Source: a virus
Taxonomy: Duplodnaviria > Caudoviricetes
IMG/VR virus record: IMGVR_UViG_3300022936_000009
Location: 2,148-66,147 of that record
Length of the DNA: 64,000 bases
Direction: 5' to 3' (one strand)
Position numbers and translations under genes: made by a program
Notes under the pieces: generated by a model
Database searches by the model: none
The model's input: the letters and a program-made list of their open reading frames with translations, nothing else
Told to the model about the DNA's origin: nothing
Shown here: in pieces, positions 27,746 through 34,371 of the stretch
Layout of the letters: each line of letters starts with the position of its first letter
Numbering within the stretch: the stretch's first letter is position 1

Positions 27746-28249
27746 TCAGTCCAGTTGCTGCACGAGCGTGAGCACGATCGCCCCCGCCGTGTTCTTCGAG
27801 GCGGCGATCGTCCAGCGCTGGCCGAGCGAGGACACGCCAGCGGGCTGGCCGATGTACAGAAAGCGGTTGCTCGTGGGGTTGCTGCCGTTCTTCCGGGTGC
27901 GCACCTCCGCCGGCCAGTCGGTGAGGCTCTTGCCCGCGCCACCGCCGGCCCCTGGACGAATGGCCCCGAGGCCTCGCAGGACGGCCTGCAGCGTGTCGGC
28001 GATCGGCGACCCGGCATCGCAGCGGCGAAGAGCTCGGCGAAGCGCGGCGCCCCGGATGGTGCTCGGCAAACGGGCAACCTCGGCGGTGACGGCGGCGACG
28101 ACGTTGACGCCGTCCTGCCGAGCGAGGTCGTAGGCGGCGGCGATCGCCCGGGCGTGGCTGTCGGTGGCCTTGCGGGCCGTGGTGGCTTTGGCGTCGACGG
28201 CGGCGTCGAGGTTGAGCGTTTGCTGCGCGTGCTGCGGCTTCGTCTTCAT
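27746..28249 (-). CDS. Hypothetical protein
   Basis: MKTKPQ...; GGGAG RBS. Confidence 0.65.
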   Translation of the reverse strand: MKTKPQHAQQTLNLDAAVDAKATTARKATDSHARAIAAAYDLARQDGVNVVAAVTAEVARLPSTIRGAALRRALRRCDAGSPIADTLQAVLRGLGAIRPGAGGGAGKSLTDWPAEVRTRKNGSNPTSNRFLYIGQPAGVSSLGQRWTIAASKNTAGAIVLTLVQQLD

Positions 28250-28281
28250 GGGTCGTGCTCCCGGAAGAGGTGGGGGAAAGA

Positions 28282-28305
28282 GGCGCCGCCCTCGCGGGCG
28301 GCGCC
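28282..28305 (-). terminator. Intrinsic terminator
   Basis: Perfect 10-bp stem GGCGCCGCCC/GGGCGGCGCC followed by TCTTT on the minus strand. Confidence 0.65.
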
Positions 28306-28311
28306 GGTCGA

Positions 28312-28563
28312 TCATGCCTTGTTGTACGACCCGCAGTTGGGGCAACGGGTGCCGCGACGTCCCGTCAGGTTGGTCGGGCAGACGCATGCGCCGCGTCCGT
28401 GGCTCGCGCCCTGCCAGTAGCAGGCGTCGAATCCGGCTGCGCGGCTGACGTCGAGGGCGCCGCCCGCCTTCCCGTCCGCCTTGCCAGCGCTGTAGGCCGC
28501 CGCCATCTGCCGGGTCCAGCCGCCGCCGAGGGATACGGGCGGAACGTCGATTTTCGTGCTCAT
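28312..28563 (-). CDS. Small zinc-ribbon protein
   Basis: CxC...CxxC; first gene after promoter copy B. Confidence 0.6.
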   Translation of the reverse strand: MSTKIDVPPVSLGGGWTRQMAAAYSAGKADGKAGGALDVSRAAGFDACYWQGASHGRGACVCPTNLTGRRGTRCPNCGSYNKA

Positions 28564-28617
28564 TGTTTTCTCGCTTCCGACACGGTGCAACGCGGGATTG
28601 CGTTGGATGCTGTGCCG

Positions 28618-28654
28618 TTGTCGACACTTTGCCGGACGTTGCCGGACAATGCAA
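28618..28654 (-). promoter_or_regulatory. Repeat-associated promoter, copy B
   Basis: TTGCAT-N17-CAAAGT plus the conserved core. Confidence 0.75.
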
Positions 28655-28665
28655 GCGATGAAACG

Positions 28666-28699
28666 AAAAAAGCCCGCGCCTTCCGAAGAAAGAGCGGGC
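28666..28699 (-). terminator. Intrinsic terminator upstream of copy B
   Basis: GCCCGC...GCGGGC stem followed by TTTTTT on the minus strand. Confidence 0.6.
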
Positions 28700-28719
28700 C
28701 AGTGCATTGGGAAGCCGGA

Positions 28720-29007
28720 TCAGGTCTTGCGCAAGTCGTCGATGGGCGCGGCCGTCTTCGGCCGATCTCGCCAGGCGGACCGGCATGCGGGGCGCCCGCA
28801 GATCGCGCCGTGGGTCACGGACGAGCTCGCGCCCTCGGCGTCGAGCATCACCGCCCCCGGCCGACAGGCTGCAGAGCCGTCAGCTAGAAGCGCGTGAAGA
28901 ACCGGGGGACGGCCGGAACCGCGGCCGGTTCGGGTGCACGTAGCGTCGCGCACAGCAAACAGCGGTTGGCCACGGGCGAGCGAAGCACGGACCTCGTCGA
29001 GGGTCAT
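28720..29007 (-). CDS. Hypothetical protein
   Basis: 95-aa ORF; boundaries uncertain because alternative frames overlap. Confidence 0.4.
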   Translation of the reverse strand: MTLDEVRASLARGQPLFAVRDATCTRTGRGSGRPPVLHALLADGSAACRPGAVMLDAEGASSSVTHGAICGRPACRSAWRDRPKTAAPIDDLRKT

Positions 29008-29019
29008 AGGGAAGGCTCT

Positions 29020-29631
29020 TCACTTTCGGGAAGGTGATGCGGAGCACTGAAACCGAGAGGCGGACGTCGTCGACGCCACCAATCGAGGTGAACCGGTCAA
29101 TGCGTCGACCGTTGACGCTGATGTAGTGGAGTCGTCCGGGAATGATGGCCATGTCGGCAAACCCTCTTCGATGAGCAGCGCGGTGGTGATCGTATCGGGC
29201 GTCGTCGCCGACGGGTAGAGGGCAACCTCGACGTCGCTGACGTCGTCGTGGCGGCCGGTGGCGAGGTGGTCGATAACAGCGCGCCGGGACGACGCCGACA
29301 ACGCCGCTTCGAGCCGATGCACGACGCTGCGCCACCACTGCCCGGCGAAGTCGCTTTGCGCGCGGGCCCACCGGGCGTTGGCGTAGTCGAGGACCGCGAG
29401 CATGCGCGCGCGACGCGGGCCCTTTCGCTGTCGCCGTGCGTCGGCGAGCTGCGCCGACGTCGCCGCGTTCACGAGGCGGATTCGCGGGTGGCAATGCGTC
29501 GACGACCACGGCTCAATTCCGTGCTGCAGCCGGTATTTCTGGACGTTCTTCCGCGTCGTGCCGAGGGCAATGGCGATCCTGCGGTCCGACATCTGCCCCC
29601 ACCGCGCCGCGCTGTAGTCGGCGCGCTTCAT
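29020..29631 (-). CDS. Hypothetical protein with N-terminal HTH
   Basis: 'WGQMSDRRIAIALGTTRKNVQKYR..HGI'; 3' end uncertain. Confidence 0.55.
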   Translation of the reverse strand: MKRADYSAARWGQMSDRRIAIALGTTRKNVQKYRLQHGIEPWSSTHCHPRIRLVNAATSAQLADARRQRKGPRRARMLAVLDYANARWARAQSDFAGQWWRSVVHRLEAALSASSRRAVIDHLATGRHDDVSDVEVALYPSATTPDTITTALLIEEGLPTWPSFPDDSTTSASTVDALTGSPRLVASTTSASRFQCSASPSRK

Positions 29632-30116
29632 TCGCCACGCAAGACGTCGTCGACGATGCGGGTGATCACGGTCTCGGCGGTCTCGTTGCCGTCGCCCTGG
29701 CGCCCTTGGTGGAAAGCCTCGGCGCAGGCCTTGAGCATCGCCGCGCGGATGCCGGGGGCGGCTTCGACGTCGACGACGCTGCCGCCGATGGCGTGATCCA
29801 TCGCGCGTTTGACGTCGATGACCTCTTGGTTGGGCCACACGGCGGGGACGCAGCAGACCCACGGGCGCGCGCGGCGGATGAGGATGGTGAGGCGATCGAC
29901 CTGATCCTGCAGCAGCCCGTCGTCGTCGGTGGCGTGGTCGACGAGACCCATGCGCTTCCGAGCGTCGGCGTAGCGTTCGTCGTGGAAGCCGACGGCGGCA
30001 CCGCGCCGACCACGGCAGCAGGTGAAGGGCGCCGCGTTGCACCGACGACAGGGCTCGGCAGCCGCTCGCGCGTTGCGCGCTCGCTCGGCCATGTCTTTGT
30101 CTTTCCACGACGTCAT
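29628..30116 (-). CDS. Hypothetical protein with zinc-finger-like motif
   Basis: 'CRRCNA.PFTCC...FHDER'. Confidence 0.6.
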   Translation of the reverse strand: MTSWKDKDMAERARNARAAAEPCRRCNAAPFTCCRGRRGAAVGFHDERYADARKRMGLVDHATDDDGLLQDQVDRLTILIRRARPWVCCVPAVWPNQEVIDVKRAMDHAIGGSVVDVEAAPGIRAAMLKACAEAFHQGRQGDGNETAETVITRIVDDVLRGE

Positions 30117-30118
30117 GG

Positions 30119-30265
30119 TCAGGCCTCGCAATCGTCGACGAGGCCGGCAACGGCGCGGGTGCGGTCGGCGGGCCAATCGAGCTCGATCATCGCGCGGGCG
30201 ATCGAGTCGGCGACGGGGAAGGTGCGGCCGTCTTCGACGGTGACGGTGGACGTGAGGGCGTGCAT
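30119..30265 (-). CDS. Small hypothetical protein (48 aa)
   Basis: AGGAG RBS; MHALTSTVTVEDGRTFPVADSIARAMIELDWP...; below the ORF-track cutoff. Confidence 0.5.
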   Translation of the reverse strand: MHALTSTVTVEDGRTFPVADSIARAMIELDWPADRTRAVAGLVDDCEA

Positions 30266-30290
30266 CGCGAGGCTCCTGCAGCGGTGGTGA

Positions 30291-30503
30291 TCAGGCGGCG
30301 GCGTGGACGTTGCCGTTGAAGGCGGCGCGCATGCGCTCGACGGCGGCGGCGAGGCGGGCGCGGGTTTCGGCGGTGTCGCCGTCGGTGCAGACGGCGCCGA
30401 TCGCGCGTTGGAATTCGCGGTCTGCCTCCTCGACAGTGGGGGTGACGGTCACGAGGTAGGTGACGCCGTCGTCGCCGACAAAGGTGCGGGTCTTCGTGCT
30501 CAT
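30291..30503 (-). CDS. Small hypothetical protein
   Basis: MSTKTRTF...; GAGG RBS. Confidence 0.55.
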   Translation of the reverse strand: MSTKTRTFVGDDGVTYLVTVTPTVEEADREFQRAIGAVCTDGDTAETRARLAAAVERMRAAFNGNVHAAA

Positions 30504-30511
30504 GGCCTGCC

Positions 30512-30748
30512 TCAAAACGTGGGGGTGATGTCGACTTGCGTGCGGTCGGCGCGGCCGCTGACGGCCTTGTGCTCGACGACGACGCCGGTGGCGCGCTTCC
30601 ACACGAGCCGCACGGTCGCGAGCGCCTCGGCCTCGGTGACGACGCCGCCGACGGGGACGATGCCCAACAGCGATCGAGCGGCGCCACGGAAGACGAGGAA
30701 GGCGCCGAGGGCTTTGAAGGTGGGGCGGATCGTCTCGGCGCTGTACAT
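30512..30748 (-). CDS. Small hypothetical protein
   Basis: AGGAG RBS; first gene after promoter copy C. Confidence 0.6.
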   Translation of the reverse strand: MYSAETIRPTFKALGAFLVFRGAARSLLGIVPVGGVVTEAEALATVRLVWKRATGVVVEHKAVSGRADRTQVDITPTF

Positions 30749-30772
30749 GGCGGCTCCTGCGGTGGCGTACTC

Positions 30773-30809
30773 TTGTCGACACTTTGCCGGACGTTGCCGG
30801 CAAAGTCAA
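30773..30809 (-). promoter_or_regulatory. Repeat-associated promoter, copy C
   Basis: TTGACT-N17-CAAAGT; contains the dyad ACTTTGCCGG-N6-CCGGCAAAGT. Confidence 0.78.
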
Positions 30810-30817
30810 ACAAGGAA

Positions 30818-31306
30818 TCACTGCGCCTTGTTTTTTTCCCACGCGGCGACGAGGCGGGCGCGTTCGGCCGCGCACTGCTCACCGCTCTGCACGTAGACGT
30901 GGAGATAGAAATTGCAGTTAAAATAGTCGCTCATCACGTCGCTTTTATCCATGTGGTACGGGGCGACGATGGCGTTGAGCTTCTCGCGCACGGCTTCGCA
31001 GAGCGGCGTCGTATCGGGAAGGGCGCGGTAGTCCTCGGAGCGAAAGAAGTCGGTCGGGTTGGCGATCTGGTGCCAGAGGCGCGAGACATCGAACATGTTG
31101 CCCGCGAGGTCGAGGCAACGGATCGTGAGGCTGCAGCCGCCGGCGTACTTCGACACCTTGACCGAGATCTTCCCCTCGGGGATGTCGCCGGCCTTCTGCG
31201 CTTCCTTGATCTCGCCACGCACACGGGCCGCGATCTCGGTGATCGGGAGGTCGGTGAGCTTGACGGTGACGGCGGGGACGAGCTTGAGGACGGTGTTGGT
31301 GGTCAT
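30818..31306 (-). CDS. LPD29-like (large polyvalent protein-associated) domain protein
   Basis: 'IAARVR.EIK...KISVKVSKYAGGCSL.I', 'D.MSDYF...FY' resemble LPD29. Confidence 0.6.
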   Translation of the reverse strand: MTTNTVLKLVPAVTVKLTDLPITEIAARVRGEIKEAQKAGDIPEGKISVKVSKYAGGCSLTIRCLDLAGNMFDVSRLWHQIANPTDFFRSEDYRALPDTTPLCEAVREKLNAIVAPYHMDKSDVMSDYFNCNFYLHVYVQSGEQCAAERARLVAAWEKNKAQ

Positions 31307-31334
31307 GGTGTCGGCTCCGGTTGTTGTCGTGCGC

Positions 31335-31403
31335 TTGTCGACACTTTGCCGGACGTTGGCGGACATGTCAAGCGTCGCGCCGATGTTTTTCTAATCTTTT
31401 TTC
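31335..31403 (-). promoter_or_regulatory. Main leftward promoter (copy D) with A-rich UP element
   Basis: TTGACA (31371-31366)-N17-CAAAGT; A-tracts upstream on the minus strand. Confidence 0.82.
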
Positions 31404-31436
31404 TCCTCGCATTGGGAAGCGCCGCTACGCCTGCTG

Positions 31437-31465
31437 TTGACACGTCGGCGGACCGCTGGCAGGGT
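31437..31465 (+). promoter_or_regulatory. Divergent rightward promoter
   Basis: TTGACA-N17-CAGGGT. Confidence 0.65.
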
Positions 31466-31471
31466 GGCCGC

Positions 31472-31720
31472 ATGTAACGTGTTGAGCTCTCGCCCCTCGG
31501 GGCCACAAAACGTTTGTGAGGCCCGATCTCAACCAGGGCCGATCCGCCGAACCGGGAAGCGTTATCGTCGACGACGGCCGTCAAGATCCCCGGATGCCGT
31601 AGAGGAGAACACGCCCGAGCTCGGGCAGACGACCCTCGAACCGACCTGCAGGAGGCGCAACGCGAGCGCCACCAGCGTGCAGATCTGGAAAACCCCGCCT
31701 CACCGCGGGGTTTTCTTTTT
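31472..31720 (+). ncRNA. Putative ~250-nt structured RNA or leader
   Basis: Lies between the rightward promoter and a terminator; four hairpins; no credible ORF. Confidence 0.45.
31689..31720 (+). terminator. Intrinsic terminator
   Basis: AAAACCCCGC-N6-GCGGGGTTTT followed by CTTTTT. Confidence 0.85.
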
Positions 31721-31724
31721 GCTG

Positions 31725-31756
31725 TTGTTGACACTTTGCCGGACGTAGGCGACAAC
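31725..31756. promoter_or_regulatory. Repeat copy E (variant)
   Basis: TTGTTGACACTTTGCCGGACGT; no -35 on the minus strand, but creates TTGACA on the plus strand. Confidence 0.6.
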
Positions 31757-31832
31757 CGTCGTGCTCGGTAGCGCCGAGTGGTGGCACGGGGGCGGCGGCA
31801 TGGTGCCGCCGTCTTTGTCAAAGGTGGATGCG

Positions 31833-32012
31833 ATGGCGTTCCTGCGCGGTATCTTGGCGGCCGTGTTCTACATCGCGGCCGCGGCCGTCGCGACGGTGGG
31901 CGCATTGCTGCGCCTCGTTGGACTGCTCATCGAGGGCCTCGCCCGGGCACTGTACGACACGGGCCAGGACATCCACGGCGGGCCGCGCTTCGATGCGGAG
32001 AAACGACCATGA
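31833..32012 (+). CDS. Small membrane protein
   Basis: Hydrophobic 59 aa; ATGA coupling to the next gene. Confidence 0.55.
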   Translation: MAFLRGILAAVFYIAAAAVATVGALLRLVGLLIEGLARALYDTGQDIHGGPRFDAEKRP

Positions 32013-32188
32013 TCACGCTCTTCCTCTGGTTCACCCGCCTGCTCGTCGTCAGCTACGCCGCCCTCGCGGGCTACAACATCTTCATGGGGTCGTGGTTCGC
32101 GCCCCTCGGCTACGGCCTCGGCGCCTTGTGGATGTGGGCGGTTTCCGAGACGTGCGCGGGCCGGTTGCTCGCCTTGAGGCGCCCATGA
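32009..32188 (+). CDS. Small two-TM protein
   Basis: Hydrophobic 59 aa, coupled. Confidence 0.55.
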   Translation: MITLFLWFTRLLVVSYAALAGYNIFMGSWFAPLGYGLGALWMWAVSETCAGRLLALRRP

Positions 32189-32319
32189 GCACCACGCCGC
32201 CGCCGCTTCCGCCGCCCGTGGAGCTTTACGACGTCAGCAAGCTCCTGCTGCCGTGGTGGGTCGACGTCCTCGGCGTCGTCGGCTTGGTGGTGCTCGCTGT
32301 GCTGTTGAGCCGCCCATGA
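32185..32319 (+). CDS. Small Pro-rich single-TM peptide
   Basis: 44 aa, coupled. Confidence 0.5.
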   Translation: MSTTPPPLPPPVELYDVSKLLLPWWVDVLGVVGLVVLAVLLSRP

Positions 32320-32630
32320 GCAGCGGCGCCCCCGTTGCCTTCCGCGTGCTCCTCGACGCCGAGCAGCACGCCGCCTCGCGCGCTCATGCCGCCGGCCGCA
32401 ACCTCGCGTTGGAGCTCTCGTTGCCCCGTCGACCTTCCCGGTGGTCGGCCTTCCACGCGGCCGCGGCGTGGATCGCCGAGCGGGTCGCCGACGGCCTCGA
32501 CGACATCGTCGTGCCCGAGCACATCCCGATCGTGGCACCGGCGCGGTTTTCGGTGGTGCCGGAACCTGTCGTGCTCGTGCATCCGCCGCACGTCTGCCAA
32601 GTGCCCGACTGCGCCGACGACTGCGCGTGA
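32316..32630 (+). CDS. Hypothetical protein
   Basis: Coupled; C-terminal H/C cluster. Confidence 0.5.
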   Translation: MSSGAPVAFRVLLDAEQHAASRAHAAGRNLALELSLPRRPSRWSAFHAAAAWIAERVADGLDDIVVPEHIPIVAPARFSVVPEPVVLVHPPHVCQVPDCADDCA

Positions 32631-32845
32631 AGCAGAAGCGGTGGGCGAAGGCCCCGCCCTGCAGGTGCGGCGCGGTCCGCGTCGACGAACACGCCGAGCG
32701 CACCAACGGCTCGTGGGTCGTGCTCGTCTTCTGCGTTGCCTGCCCGGTGGTTGCAGGCTGGCACGGCAAGACACGCGGCGAGGCCTCAAGAGCAGCTCGG
32801 GCGCGATGGACGGCGATCCCGCCCTTGACGCCGCCTCGACCGTGA
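32627..32845 (+). CDS. Small zinc-ribbon protein
   Basis: GTG start in a GTGA overlap; CxC...CxxC. Confidence 0.45.
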   Translation: MKQKRWAKAPPCRCGAVRVDEHAERTNGSWVVLVFCVACPVVAGWHGKTRGEASRAARARWTAIPPLTPPRP

Positions 32846-33030
32846 GCAACGGTGCCGAGGCTGGCGGTTCACGCTGTCGGCTTTGCGGGGCTCTTGTCGG
32901 AAACGGCGGGCGCTCCACCAAGCGGGGGGTTGACGGATTCTGTGACAAGCCCGGCGCCGGGCCTCACGAAGCCAGCGCAACCCGCCGCTGCCAGGTCAGA
33001 CAGCGATCACGGTCGCCCATGACGTCGGGG

Positions 33031-33072
33031 GAAGCCTCCGCAGCCTTTCGAGGGTGCGGAGGCTTCTTCTTT
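33031..33072 (+). terminator. Intrinsic terminator with UUCG loop
   Basis: GAAGCCTCCGCA...TGCGGAGGCTTC followed by TTCTTT. Confidence 0.8.
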
Positions 33073-33143
33073 GTGGTACCGGTACAGCGCATCCCCAAGC
33101 ACTGACGGAGCATCGCCGAGACGCTAGAACGCCGAAGCGATGG

Positions 33144-33177
33144 AAGAAGACCGGCGTTAGAGCGCCGGTCTTCTTTT
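33144..33177 (+). terminator. Intrinsic (possibly bidirectional) terminator
   Basis: AAGAAGACCGGCG-N6-CGCCGGTCTTCTT followed by TT. Confidence 0.8.
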
Positions 33178-33187
33178 GCGAGGTCTG

Positions 33188-33234
33188 TGACGCATTGCGT
33201 CAACATGGCCATGAGAATCAACATGGCCATGAGA
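33188..33234. repeat. Palindrome plus tandem 17-bp direct repeat
   Basis: TGACGCA-T-TGCGTCA; TCAACATGGCCATGAGA at 33200 and 33218. Confidence 0.9.
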
Positions 33235-33287
33235 GATCCGCACCGGTCGAGGCCTCAAGTCCCGCACGAGCTCGCCGATGGAAGGGC

Positions 33288-33512
33288 ATGCAAAACGCTG
33301 CCGCCCTCGAACGCCTCGCCATCCTCACCGAGCAACGCGCGATGCTCCGCCGCTACGGGTGGGGTGGGGCGCCGGCGCTGGATCGGGACATCGCGGCCGC
33401 CGAAGTGCTGGCAAACGCACAGCAAGGGGATAGGCTGACGACGACGACGCCGACCACGACGGCGTCGAGGAGCCAAGCCGATGCCGTCGAAGAAGCCGCC
33501 CACGCCTGCTGA
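33288..33512 (+). CDS. Small hypothetical protein
   Basis: GGAAGG RBS, 74 aa. Confidence 0.45.
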   Translation: MQNAAALERLAILTEQRAMLRRYGWGGAPALDRDIAAAEVLANAQQGDRLTTTTPTTTASRSQADAVEEAAHAC

Positions 33513-34359
33513 TCCCCCCGCCGACCCGCCGCGGAAGCGACCGAAGCCGGGGCCGACGACGCCGAAGAAGCCTCGGAAGAGCCAGGCGCGCCCCAAGGAC
33601 CCGGACGCGCCGAAGAAGCCGAAGCGACCGCCCCACCGCGTGCGCGAGGCGAGGGCGACGGCGAACAAGGAAGCCGCGGCCGCCACGGGCCAACCGGTGC
33701 GCAAGGGCCGCCCTCTGTCGCTCACCGAGAGCGTGAGCAAGGCGATCACGGACGCCCTCAAGGTCGGCAGCTACCTGCAGACCGCAATCAGCATGGGCGG
33801 AATCAGCTCGGCGACGTTCCACGCTTGGATCAAGCGAGGGCACGACGAACGCAAGCGCCGCGAGGCCTTCGAGCTCGACCTTGCCGCGATGGAGCGCAAG
33901 ACCGAGCGGTGGGCAATGGCGCAGGCCGACGAGGCGATCACGAAGCAGAAGGAAGAGCCTTATCTGGCCTTCATGGAAGCTGTGACCCTGGCCGTCGCCG
34001 AGAGCGAGGTTTCGGCCCTCAAGACCATCAAGACCGCCTCGAAAGACGATTGGCGCGCCGCCGCGTGGATGCTCGAACGCCGCACCCCGACGAAGTGGGG
34101 CCGCCGCGTGCTGGACATCAACGCCACGGTCGACGCCGCCATCGTCGACGCCACCAAGGTCGAGGAGATCGCAGCGGGCGAGACCGTCAAAGCCAGCGAG
34201 GGCGGCGAGGGCACCGCGCGGCGTCGGCTCGCGGCCGCGCTCGAAAAGCTCGTCGGGAACATGGCCGGTGGACAAGCGGCAACAGCACAGCTACGGTCCG
34301 GCAACGGCATAGCAGCCGAGCACGAAAACGACCCCGCCGACGACCTCGGCATCGATTAA
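33481..34359 (+). CDS. Terminase small subunit-like HTH protein
   Basis: 'ITDALKVGSYLQTAISMGGISSATFHAWIKRG' HTH and 'WRAAAWMLERR.P.KWG', a motif of TerS-like phage proteins. Confidence 0.65.
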   Translation: MPSKKPPTPADPPADPPRKRPKPGPTTPKKPRKSQARPKDPDAPKKPKRPPHRVREARATANKEAAAATGQPVRKGRPLSLTESVSKAITDALKVGSYLQTAISMGGISSATFHAWIKRGHDERKRREAFELDLAAMERKTERWAMAQADEAITKQKEEPYLAFMEAVTLAVAESEVSALKTIKTASKDDWRAAAWMLERRTPTKWGRRVLDINATVDAAIVDATKVEEIAAGETVKASEGGEGTARRRLAAALEKLVGNMAGGQAATAQLRSGNGIAAEHENDPADDLGID

Positions 34360-34371
34360 GGACGACGACAG

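Noticed and set aside
31437-31748. 103-aa ORF across the putative ncRNA
   Set aside because: Its TTG start is the -35 box itself; no RBS; runs through a terminator
20257-31756. Repeat copies as a CRISPR or TIGR-type array
   Set aside because: Copies are 0.4-8 kb apart with genes between them; no regular spacers and no cas or Nop-domain gene recognised
32226-32948. 240-aa minus-strand ORF near the switch as a repressor
   Set aside because: Arg/Pro-rich low-complexity translation antisense to coupled plus-strand genes; no HTH motif
32985-33020. CCAGGTCAG resembling SRP RNA
   Set aside because: Lacks the downstream GNRA/AGCAG helix-8 motif
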